Assembly: GCA_964035575.1 (NCBI GenBank)
Contig: OZ037847.1
Span: 1,054,001-1,118,000 of the forward strand
From: Rhynchopus sp. YZ270_cl-10
Lineage: Eukaryota
Length of the DNA: 64,000 nt
Direction of reading: 5' to 3'
Position 1 is the first letter of the stretch. Each line of letters opens with the position of its first letter. The notes under the pieces were generated by a model, which was not told the DNA's origin, made no database searches, and worked only from the letters and a program-made list of their open reading frames with translations. The translations under genes and the position numbers were made by a program. Of the stretch, positions 37,201-44,838 are shown piece by piece.

Positions 37201-38526
37201 GATCTCGCATCGAATATGAAAAAGAAGTCGCTCGCAGCCCCAGAAGATGCAGCCGGACACGGCAAAAAGGTCAGTCTCACCCTTCCCAGCGGAGAACTGC
37301 ATGTGTCAGAAAAGCGCCTCACGCTCTCTCCAAGCGACTGCATCATTGAGTCCTGCGACGCAGATGACTCGGGGCCATGCGGATTCAGTGGGATCTACCA
37401 AAGCCCTAACTTCGTCGTGACAACCCCTGCCCCAGACACTGCGAAGAAGAATATACTAAGCACGCCTGCGCTTGCGGATCATACAAACAGTTTGTTTCCT
37501 TCGATTTTGAGCGACCTGCTTGTACGGCGTGCGGGGTTCTTCAGTGAGCGGAAGCATCTGCACCTTGTGTTCTTTGAGGAGGGGGAGAATCTGGAGCAAG
37601 GGGAGCATGCAGCGTTTCGGTGTGCGCCTGCAACGACAGCATCGATGGGGTCCTTTGTGCGTAGCGAGGCTCAGAGGCGGAAGTCCGCCTCTGTGAACGA
37701 CCTGAAGGACGAGGAAGAGGTCGTCATTATTTGTGGCATTGCTGGGAGCGCCATCGTTTCTGTATCATGTCTCCCTGTGTCTCGCATCATATGGGATGAG
37801 ATGCGTCACCGCGTGGTGCGTGGATCGCTACGATACAACCGCATCCAGAAGGGGAGAACCAAGCAGCACCGCACCTCAAAGTCGGCCAGCATTAATAGCT
37901 TTGCACAAAGCGCACGGCCTTCTAAGTTTGGACTCTCCATCATTGACCCAGCACTGCCTGCATTTAGCCCAAAGAACAAAGAAGATGATCTTGTACGCAT
38001 ATTTGAGCAGAACCTACAGAAGATGTTGTATCTGCAGGCAGAGGTCAACAAAATGACGTGCCCGGTTGCCGAGTGTGAAGGGGAGGAGGCGGTTGCGGAG
38101 CGTGCACGGAGCACTGCAGTGCTGCGTGTTGTGTTTGAGTTTGGCGCGGATCTTAGTTCGCTGAGGAGTTTGTCTGGGGCGTGCAGGAGTTGGTATCATT
38201 GCATTGCGGAGATTGTGCGGGATACGTCCTACATACGGGGGGTGTTAGATATGAACCTGCAGCAGCTGCGTTCGGCCTCAGATGCCGCACGTACAAAGCT
38301 CTGCACCAAGGTGCCCCGCCTGGCAGAAGCAAACCTCGAGGCGTTCTGCATAAAGCTGCTGCAAAACCCACACAAACGCTTCCCACGCCACATGCCCCTT
38401 CTCATAGAGTACTGCTGTGCCCTGACCAGGCAGCGTTGTTCACAGAACATTGTGTGGTCCTGCATTGATAGGTTGCAGACCATGCAGCATCGGTTGACCC
38501 ATATTCTCAAAGAGGCAGCAGAATGA
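28270..38526 (+). CDS. Giant ankyrin-repeat protein (3418 aa, single ORF)
   Basis: Many ankyrin motifs (GQTPLHIAVEKGD, GRTPISLAL, GRTLLHWAA, GLTPVHEAI, GDTPISVAV, GETPLGAAL, GRTPLICAV, GYTPLHYSI). One hydrophobic segment near aa 235. F-box-like motif near the C-terminus. Confidence 0.92.
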   Translation: MSGEVTFGEWRRLLERRDQLEARLCNNRFEETDEEVCVAEVEVRPVALHVLEREAPPRICGQKVWATGSQRLRTKPSAKRAPRTPGRPALHAPRCPCATPFPYLKRLRSRVVQPSLRAGCKLRAHCEQNEVNVESLRPSVQSVNDPFHRTWYREPVSPRKLSARMSLSVCSNTLKKNALTVGEFLERKPTDMTKQMLCMAHATNNFEHFKAKLTLSSVVARKRHQKQARRSTITALISAALIVLAVPLVKKGINYRFAFKLAIYLAGSQIKLHTVEANTACNLLDLRKLMEFAYLKRGLLHRKSWHFKGVKPSVAVVKTEEEYITYSEVVDREAAFIDTAKERLRVYGDTSLRTGLQHIMLREKQQQQRLVKLERLYDALLDLRMSGESWRLAINEYPSVSQTHFPLAQYIRPLTPVSLTPKEDKRMFNLLSVAKVLAPVASHLKNQKLVTTVANVKKKSVMDKLKPSKAAPSPSPSPVVKWVLPILYVVLSNRDSFDMDKHEMNLIRKYLNHGCCALEVSGVILTFGEWLALNDDPSLSYKLSFPDSYLHRTPAHEAIVLRNQEGLKLIAQYGGNLLGKDCRGQTPLHIAVEKGDMELVELLFALRKVQIDTAEKEAAYEDSKEGEAGKVLTADTAVEAPNGNKDAPPPPPERVRKQSVKERAEQIIEAGLRAKVRPTSAKRTKRRTVIRDKIMNRRSNEKTRKSFMAKRSYKSACSEGIAGYHSFRKQRLQEAATAQAKEEEDRKEQAFAETSFVETPAATPAAPALPAAADPTPPVKEPQAAPPQKEEEEGLSLIKRILCRPATAKQKKTAREKLMEEEAAEARDKSSVTNTVVRSSAKRNMLNSVLGRIVTREDEKRPPVRLIKDNELSGNVEDNQGRTPISLALGKGHKELTLYLLKQGASLANEDEYGVPLIQRAQQMFSPLEYVKSGNIEMLCTCYEVNLWKAHRRDVFSGRTLLHWAALYALPEVCQKLMDLGEDPATYSHGNGLTPVHEAIWRGDLPTLTCLIRGRENELLSQPTLLFLDDGEDHETAFPIHLSLTTRFPSTAVTQKIVSCTHVQIYGKDDTERNIFHCASSTGRPAELQDILYRMRYMKNDRQLIEMVNARDIEGDTPISVAVKGNHPACVDALLKSGAIDTSVLNSRERHILLVAADVRSAFLCGTLYPPNCPARQSIPALILLDYCTEECVRTLSGCAGKRTTALHVAVASDDFLLSTELLTKGASIAQQDDAGETPMGIACRRGNTKLLVLLIANSRHELGSSDLLGEVLASKGWGDRVMESVLETSCPDLSTHGQQIFHRSCVSLMIRSVQLLLEKGCGFDPRDSPFALLQAAAQKRQVAGIEGVLQMCYMRGTHLVSDVPIPALCCKLQLWDICERAVADPACAWDWSLRWEVDSNRTPLHYICLNGPASLLKSVLERQHGMTNICDTEGMNALSYSLQRQSVQHAAELLVRCDAGCLTEQILIRRGLRPEAEPFVYDHRLPEDRQITDEALNSVCAGYAGHAPEVAIHARLAFHVQASESAADASFASPKLPTEAPRTAVHGGKFALFSVSEVATNKSMSHLLRKGVKRGVFGDNLVHWAVMHNDSVLTKLLITVGEDYDVVNSRARKNSALGIPVGASPLWVAAAMVCRSCAIELLDNPNCDVNQECDTGETPLGAALRLGCTSMAHLLIQRGAFVNSPACVSVVHFNHLETLPSAATRRLTSHTACDYMARCQKTRLVEVSNMLPFVAGLRCVRTLNMAQRLAGISGDNMMTELPGLPVTMRVDEMSCAVSPLCVMLGGMRILPSEHTLREILTTLITPDKGGKASLGLHRLDPWGRSLVEYTLRAGRPLFATLLLTTGAPGWVQNSCKTGGHAIHLFALEGSASGVSKCLSAVDVPEKNVAVNARDSLGRTPLICAVRAPVIKNAALVASLLLGEGARVIERDSVGRTVLSHACSHPASSESLVELVLRSVTDHFDVDTKRNKAEDVANMFGAFLSVTSDTTATGAPEPEESQGDKQQDFADHVNSIDTHNNSALHYLCKSRHIKALKLLLQIEGLDIEPGLPRMKEWELGESLPRQPDTIATVGGYGTVAVKQKLTPFLEAVLAGRESVAQAIVTHSFQRNVALRTQYMNSKGETTHHFIAKNNMLYTLKGLLQLEKMMEDMKNSDGTLDALSAEKLQNAGKNYPQHFAFERSATFGDPNADDASFGGINPLGYSLLFNGMNVMNGSCVGSVLWKREHSRQHSCIKVVLDKLLPHNNWHRMGNSPLSVFAYGQDGVKILSRAIPQHEPTVDDEMWIAALSGDDDALAKTLDKGTDDMRRIKICNLPPLTDVAMCVIREEDARTRGSMQTSIHENNSSRCGSSVNVALMRGGSTRSRQGKGREVSHADCSQKLKQALMKALRCVRIMNIEVPENDAEWDHTCTTTLKYVAEASSLLRQKTVTILRGNKVRLERAPLEGPDYRSDLQRGRTSMLHIAARRNLYKSLVVMLDSHRDEEDRELSSDFVQRLNFRDAHGYTPLHYSISQSLHEITSLLLRNGASLEVRDVTGGLTPTQVIPSVKSFHGLSQLFGKKRVPFQFIGSFKAAAKRKSEKPLRPAFVLPGDCWDANVSTIELNETERLSEEDVMNMLVNEEVNKGFSSSVLQISEAALNDRLNSQVEALRAQIVKIAKDSLNFHLENRSHVLPITESQGTKRFLASMNGFNDNYDPIDTARQLIAHLSTLPITILISTAEELSRLERTRSLTVALHGIVGGLVGRELHGALSSFTRARGVYGQKCLLVIKQINMSFVGGKKHVGTTIQRGQSYTDVIVNICIFCGPESVVVEPVEDVFVKYFGMREAAAAARVTNTISAAQASKELGNLSYIPPMTVYVNTEIWRRYFSLHCAGIGLQINAHETQELVRGETKEEKDAAMAALDAISACLTPPLLFREEDSIQKDLAGEWVSEPYVAPIEGVGEWLDAEEEDCETSSSSSSSSSGKRAVSVNVDHGDLASNMKKKSLAAPEDAAGHGKKVSLTLPSGELHVSEKRLTLSPSDCIIESCDADDSGPCGFSGIYQSPNFVVTTPAPDTAKKNILSTPALADHTNSLFPSILSDLLVRRAGFFSERKHLHLVFFEEGENLEQGEHAAFRCAPATTASMGSFVRSEAQRRKSASVNDLKDEEEVVIICGIAGSAIVSVSCLPVSRIIWDEMRHRVVRGSLRYNRIQKGRTKQHRTSKSASINSFAQSARPSKFGLSIIDPALPAFSPKNKEDDLVRIFEQNLQKMLYLQAEVNKMTCPVAECEGEEAVAERARSTAVLRVVFEFGADLSSLRSLSGACRSWYHCIAEIVRDTSYIRGVLDMNLQQLRSASDAARTKLCTKVPRLAEANLEAFCIKLLQNPHKRFPRHMPLLIEYCCALTRQRCSQNIVWSCIDRLQTMQHRLTHILKEAAE

Positions 38527-38705
38527 AAATAAAAAGAAGAAAAAAAAAAACTTTACAGTTTTGATTTTTAGTGTGTCTTGTTTAAGCGAGTATTTAAGTT
38601 CAAAAATAACGAAAATAAACGTGGTTTTAACTTCTGTCTACACAAAAAACCCCCTCTCCTGTATGCAGGCATACACAAGAGAAAAGGCAAAGCAACACAA
38701 CAACA

Positions 38706-39861
38706 ATGGGCTGCTCGAACTCCACAAACGAAAAGCCGCAAGGTGCTGCCCCACCCACCAGAGGTGGCGAATACAAAGACGCAAGCGCACCCCCACAGGC
38801 CCCGCAGCGTGAACAATGGCAACCCGGACAGGACTTCCCCAGCTCCCTGACGTTCACACAAGTCCAAAAACCAGACCGGAACATGAAAGGAATAACACTC
38901 GTCGACTGCTTGCTCGACAACGCAAGAGATAACAGGTACACCCCATCAAGATGAGGCGCTAGAATGAGCAAAAATAGTCTCATGTTTCCTACACTCTAAC
39001 ATTGTATCAAGAAAGAAGTGGAGCACACTCTAGGGTAGCTACACTAATACAACCAAGTTTACAAAGAAATAAAGTACATAGCACAATAATGGGCAATGTT
39101 CCTCAGAAAGTACTCCTGCTTTCAAATACACAACACCACACAACAAACAGCCTGAGCGACTGCACCCTGAAAAGATGTGTCATAAACAACTGCCACTTGA
39201 AAAACTGTATTTTGGAAGACGGATGCAGCGTCACGCGCTGTGTGATTAAGGGGGGTTCGATTACGGTATGTGGACGCGTTGCTTCTTCTATTATTACAGT
39301 CACGGCACTAACATTGGAGGTCAATAACTAAGGTGGGTTTTCGGATTTCTGAAACTTTAAGGAGGGTTTTTGTCCCTCCGATGTTATTGCCACAATTGTA
39401 TTAATATTTCCTTTCTTTGTTGAGCGTATCAAAATGAGCTTAGTGGTAACTACATTTTATTCAAACAATTTCAATGATGGTATCCATGAAACGACCTTGG
39501 CAAACGCGACGCTGCATTACCACCACAGGTGGGAACTGCGTTATCAAATTTTCAAAAAAAAAGAGGACAGAAGTTGATGCAACTTTTATAGTGAATACTG
39601 CCTAAAAGCCGTACTAAACCACCCGATAAAAACCCCAACCAAACACTTTTTTTTCACCAGGAAACGACACTGACGTCAGGGACAGAGGTGAGCGATGGGT
39701 GCGTCATTGACCGCAGTATTGTGACCGACCGTTGCAACATACAAGGATGCAAAATCGGCCAGACCATCACCACCACAGGCTCGACATATTTCAACTGCAC
39801 AGGCAACCCGCAACCACCACCACAGCCCACCGAATGCGTAGACTGTGACTGGACAAGCTAA
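38706..39861 (+). CDS. Cys-rich beta-helix-like repeat protein with MGC start; exons 38706..38935, 39151..39265, 39661..39861 (181 aa)
   Basis: Two GT-AG introns join in frame to give LVDCLL...LSDCTLKRCVINNCHLKNCILEDGCSVTRCVIKGGSIT|ETTLTSGTEVSDGCVIDRSIVTDRCNIQGCKIG, resembling left-handed beta-helix repeats. Confidence 0.75.
39017..39046. repeat. Hairpin family D copy (intronic)
   Basis: agtggagcacactctagggtagctacacta, nearly identical to 62180-62210. Confidence 0.8.
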
Positions 39862-40534
39862 ACTGCACAGTTTCCATTTTTAAGGGTAAAGGAGGGGGGG
39901 GTGGCGGGAATAGGGAGAGAAAAAGAGCCCACACTGCTCTTTTTTTGATTTGCTTTTCAAGATGACTAAGCCCGTGAGGGTTGAGGCTAGACTTATTTTA
40001 CGCTTTTTTCAAATTGTGTAATTTTGCCTCGGATCGTTTTTTATCAAGATTGTTTTTCCTTTCCGATTCGATTGCAACGGGGGTGGGGTGGGGGGGAGAG
40101 GTGGTGCCTAGAAGGAAGCAACGCACACACCGCATCGTTATGGCACGTTCCTCTGTGGGATGGCGGGTTTTTTCCCCCTATTTTTACCCTTTTTTTACCC
40201 GATTTAGGGCCGGATAGGGCACAAAAGTCGTTTTTTTTTGTTTTTGGGGTAAATCAGGTGACTTTTACGTCTTTTCTTGAAAGAGAAAATACTGAATGGG
40301 AGACATTGACAGCTCACGCAACCACTTATATTGTACAACGAACGCCTTACATGGCTCAAAAATATTCCACATTGGAATCGAGCCATATTCATTTCCATAC
40401 GTTTCATCTTTGTTTCAGGTGACTATGTACACGAGGATTGGGTCTTTTACAGCCTTTTCTTTGTGTTCAAAAAGCTCTTCTTAATGCTCATCTGATTGAA
40501 CGCCCTTTCTGTGTTTTTTTTTTTTCTACGTTGG

Positions 40535-41334
40535 CAGGGTTTTTTCTAGGGGGAGCGGGGGGGGACGGCGTCCCCCCCCAGATTTTGGGGGGAAATTCGT
40601 CCCCCCCCGGGGGGGGACGAATTTTGACTTGGGAAAAAAGGATATGGGGGGTGGTTGGGGGTCACCCGCACAGACCCCCATTTGGGACACCACGTACGTA
40701 ACCTGCACCAGAAAAAAAAAGGGGGGGCAGGGAGTCGAGCGCGTCTTATCCCCTTCCTGGCATCATTGTGAAGAGGATATAGCGAGGTGAAGTTTCAGAC
40801 CGTGCCCCCAATTCACTCAATCTTTGCACCATTTGACGTACCGAACAAAGAGTGAGAATAAGGGATCGGCAAAAATAAAAAAAGTAGCGTACCGTGCGCC
40901 TGCGGCGCAGCTCAAAACTTATGAGCGGAATACCACAGCCCTCTACCATAGTTTGGCTGTAAAAATGTTCAATTTTAGGTCACAATTTTTTGAAATGTTG
41001 CGTACCGTGGCTTCGTCAAAAAGTTCTGACATCATGACCGCCGTTTCTTCTTGTATTGAGGGAAGGTTCCGTGGAACATGAGAAAAAGGGTTGGTTTGGT
41101 TCTTGATGTACCTTAACTTCCACATTATCACGTATTTACGTGAAATGAACGGACTTTTTTGCGCGGAGCCGGAAAAATTTTGACCCCTTTTTGGACATAT
41201 CTTCACGGTTTTGGAAAAAAATTCCATGAAGATAAGCGGAAACCCTGCTTGCACCTGCGAAAAAAAAATTTTTTTGGGTGGGTTTTTTGCGTCCCCCCCC
41301 AGATCAGAAAAAAAAAATCCTAGAAAAAACCCTG
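40535..41334. mobile_element. Non-autonomous DNA transposon, 800 bp, hAT-like CAGGG termini
   Basis: Perfect 16-bp TIR cagggttttttctagg (40535-40550) / cctagaaaaaaccctg (41319-41334). 5-bp TSD gttgg at 40530-40534 and 41335-41339. Subterminal cgtcccccccc repeats at both ends. Confidence 0.9.
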
Positions 41335-42671
41335 GTTGGTGTACTTGAGGGAGGTATATTGGTTATTGGTGCATGAGTGGCGACACGAACCTCATACATC
41401 AGGTATCTTAGAGGGGTGTGTGTGTGTGTTGAGCGTGACATATCCCACTCTCAAATTTGCTCTTATTTGATGAAAATTTGATTTTTCTATTAAAAATGAG
41501 GAACTGCTCAAAACGACCATGATTTGTGAAAACGGGAACACAACGTCGGGGGGGGCTCAGTTAGTATTTTTGTGTGTGTGTTCTCCTATTTTTTTTTTCC
41601 TTTTTCTTTCAAAACCTCCCTTTCCACTTCCCCACCCCCGCTTCGCCAGTCGCTAACACCTTCGCTTCCCCGATGTGTGTCTGTGCTTAGTTGTAGGTTG
41701 CTGTTTGTTCTCCTTGGTGGACGATTTCAGTCTTCTCTTCTTCCTTTTCCATAGATGTGTTGACGTAGGTCTTCGCAGCCAGTCTTTTCCCTTACGCAAA
41801 GTGTGAGCCAATCAAAACAATGTGAATCATAAAAGGCTCAGGATTGTCTTCCTTTTTTTCTTAGAAAACCTGTGCAAAGACCAGTGTTTGGTTATTTGAT
41901 ATCGTCAGCTTTTATCTGGGATCTGGTAATCGTACTGTCTCATAACAGTTTTTTTTCTGGCGAGCGCACGCAAATCAGTCAGAGGTGCGTGTGCATCAAC
42001 TTCTCTTTGGTAATATGGCGAAGGAGATAAGGGCGAATACGATGTAAAGGGATTGAGATATGGGATTTTGGCCTGTTCTTGCGGGGAATAAGGGACATGG
42101 GTTTTTCCTAAAAAAAAGTGAATAAGAGATACCATATCTCCCTATTCGCTTTTTTTTTTTTTTTATTTCCCAAAAAAAAAAAAATACCCCTATTTTGGTC
42201 CGTTCGCCTATTTGGAGATACCATATCTCTTATTCACCCCCAGTAAACAAAAAGATCGGCTGGAGAAGTCCTCAAAGGCCTTTTTGTATGTCCTCCGTGA
42301 ATTATATTCATTTTCCAAGTTTTTTTTTTCTTTTCCATTTTTTTCTTTTTCTGCTCGAATTCAGGGAACAATTATTGCATATTGTGCTAAGGTTGTGTGG
42401 GTCATATCTGTGTTGTATTTCATTTTTTTTTAGATGTGTTGTGAGACCCACACAATGTTCCAATTTTTTTTTTGGATTTTGTTTCTGTTTGGAAAAAAAT
42501 CCAAAATTGGGGAAGGGGGGGGGATTTATTTTGTTTATCTGCATGCAGCAGTGAGTGATCTAGCAAAACAAAAGATCCCTCTTTTTTTTTTTTGCAAAAG
42601 AAACCATTATGCACCACCAGTTTATTAGGTGGCGAAATATGAAGCTTCAGATCCATCTTACCACCTTTTTG

Positions 42672-42752
42672 AAAGATGTGTCGGTTACATTCATCTTTTG
42701 AAGTTCTTTTTTTTTTAAGGTGACTAAGCACGAGAGGCTTAGGATCATCTTA
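42672..42752 (+). repeat. Adjacent family B and family A hairpins
   Basis: aaagatgtgtcggttacattcatcttt, then taaggtgactaagcacgagaggcttaggatcatctta. Confidence 0.85.
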
Positions 42753-42917
42753 TAAACTTTTCTTTTAAACACTCACCCCCACACAAACAAAATGGAACGA
42801 AGCGAACACAGAGTTGACACGTGTACCTACCTACCCCCTCCCCCCTTTCACCCTTTTCCATTCTTCCCCTCCTCCTCCTTCCACCCTCCTTCCATACAGA
42901 GAGATACGCCAAACTAA

Positions 42918-43826
42918 ATGGCAGGATTTCCTTCAAAGTTTGAACTGCACAACTCATCAAGCTCCTTGCAGTATGGAGGCAAACTTGGTCCAAGGGAGGG
43001 CAGCCAACGTGCGAAGTTGATGCAACACAAATATGGAACGCCAGGGGCAATACGCAATAACAGTGCCATGCTCCCCCTGCCTTCTCCCAGGATGGCAACA
43101 CCGAGGTCGGGGCAGACTGCCCTGGGAACGCCGGGAACGGTGCAGGGTGTGAGCTACCAAGAGGAAAGGGATGATATTCCTGGTACACGAGGTTGTTATC
43201 ACTGCTGGGGGGGTGATTTTGCGAAGTGTCGTTGTGTGCGCAGCCAGCCTGCACATCGTGCGCCCCCTTCCCCCCGCAGTGGTGCCCGTGCTCGTTCACG
43301 TTCCCGCTCCCGTTCTCGTTCCCGTGGTGCGCATACACCACGTCGTATTCCCCCAACTGATAAAGACAGAGAGGAGTACCTCCGTGAGGCAGCAGCAGTC
43401 GGCTGGCATGCGTCGCAGAAGCATACCGGGTGGAGTACGAATAAGGTGTTCCGTGGCACGTCGTATGCGAAGCAGGCGGAGAGGGTCCAGGTGACGCCGT
43501 TTTCGAGTATTAATGTGTTTCCGCAGTATCGGAGCACGGAGTCGAGGTTGCGGCTGAGTGGGAGGGATTTGTTGAGGGGCCCGGTTTCGCCGACAGCGAG
43601 TCATCGTGGTGGAGGTGGTGGAGGGGGTAACAGTGGTGTTGCAACTGCAGTAACCCCCCGCCGCCGTCTCCAGCAAAAGCAACGTAGTAGCGCTGTCAAC
43701 GAAGCCCTCGTTGCCTCAGCAAAACCCTCCGCCGAAGAGCAAGAAATCATCCGCGCTCTCGAAAGCGGCAGAGTCCAAGCCGCCAGGGACCTCCCAATGC
43801 CAGATCTCTTCGCGATGTCGCCGTAA
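42918..43826 (+). CDS. Hypothetical basic, Arg/Ser-rich protein (302 aa)
   Basis: ATG-initiated ORF after a pyrimidine tract ending in AG. Contains RSRSRSRSR and CYHCWGGDFAKCRC. Confidence 0.7.
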   Translation: MAGFPSKFELHNSSSSLQYGGKLGPREGSQRAKLMQHKYGTPGAIRNNSAMLPLPSPRMATPRSGQTALGTPGTVQGVSYQEERDDIPGTRGCYHCWGGDFAKCRCVRSQPAHRAPPSPRSGARARSRSRSRSRSRGAHTPRRIPPTDKDREEYLREAAAVGWHASQKHTGWSTNKVFRGTSYAKQAERVQVTPFSSINVFPQYRSTESRLRLSGRDLLRGPVSPTASHRGGGGGGGNSGVATAVTPRRRLQQKQRSSAVNEALVASAKPSAEEQEIIRALESGRVQAARDLPMPDLFAMSP

Positions 43827-43889
43827 GGAGGGATGTTTTTTTTTTTTCTCGTTTCAACAAATTAGTTATTTCGTTCTTTGAACGTACAA

Positions 43890-44318
43890 CATGGATGTCC
43901 AAAGTACTTGAAGTACTTTTTTCGGATTTTTTATGGTACTTGAAGTACTTGACCCCCCTTTTTTTTCCTCTCAAAATGACAGTCAAGTACTTGAAGATTG
44001 ATCAAGTACTTGACAGAAATCAAGTACTTGATACCCTATTTTTTTTTTCTCGTACTTTTTTACTTTTTTACCCTCTGGCAGAGTCTGTCAAGTACTTGTT
44101 TTCGCAAAAAAACGTCAAGTACTTGATCAAGTACCCACTTTTTTTTGTACTTGATCAAGTACTTGACGTTTTTTTTGTGAAAAAAGTACTTGACAGAGGG
44201 AGAACAAGTAAAAAAGTACTAGAAAAAAAAATAGGGTGTCAAGTACTTGAAGTATCAAGTATTGGATTTTTTGGGGGATCAAGTACTTGATATACTTCAA
44301 GTACTTTGGACATCCATG
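43890..44318. mobile_element. MITE, 429 bp, filled with AAGTACTT palindromes
   Basis: Perfect 26-bp TIR catggatgtccaaagtacttgaagta (43890-43915) with its reverse complement at 44293-44318. 6-bp TSD gtacaa at 43884-43889 and 44319-44324. Confidence 0.92.
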
Positions 44319-44370
44319 GTACAAGGCAAAGCTTTTTTTTTTTTGCGAAATTTCCAACCAAGTTTTGGAT

Positions 44371-44396
44371 AAAGATGTGTAGACACATTCATCTTT
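44371..44396 (+). repeat. Hairpin family B copy (short)
   Basis: aaagatg-tgt-agac-aca-tt-catcttt. Confidence 0.8.
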
Positions 44397-44838
44397 CAAA
44401 TTTGCTTTTTTTTTCAGGGTTTTCCCTCAAAATAATATGATATTTTTTAGAATTGTAAATAGATATTCTTAGGAAAAAAATGGTGAGGCGATACTGTTTT
44501 GGAATACAATACCAAAATCCCCCCCCTCTCCCCCACAACACTCCAAAAAATTCAGACCCCAAACACACGAAACAACCACAAAAAAGGAGGGGTAGGGATG
44601 CACTTCGCAGCTACACCTGGTATATAACACAGCAGACTGGGCGGCTTTCCCCCCTCCTCCTCCCCTGCCCCCCCCTCTTTCTCTCTCACCCTCATTCTCT
44701 TTTCCCCTCACCTTCAATCAATCGCCACAGCTGATATTCTTCCTTTCTCGCAAAATTTTAGGTTTATTGTGTCTACATTCCGACGTTTATAAAACGGCTT
44801 TATATTTCGACAAAAAAAGGTGAACCTCTGTATAATAG

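Noticed and set aside
43895..44310. CRISPR-like array of CAAGTACTTGA repeats
   Set aside because: Repeats are 8-12 bp with irregular low-complexity spacers and no cas genes. They lie inside a TIR/TSD-bounded MITE in a eukaryotic context.
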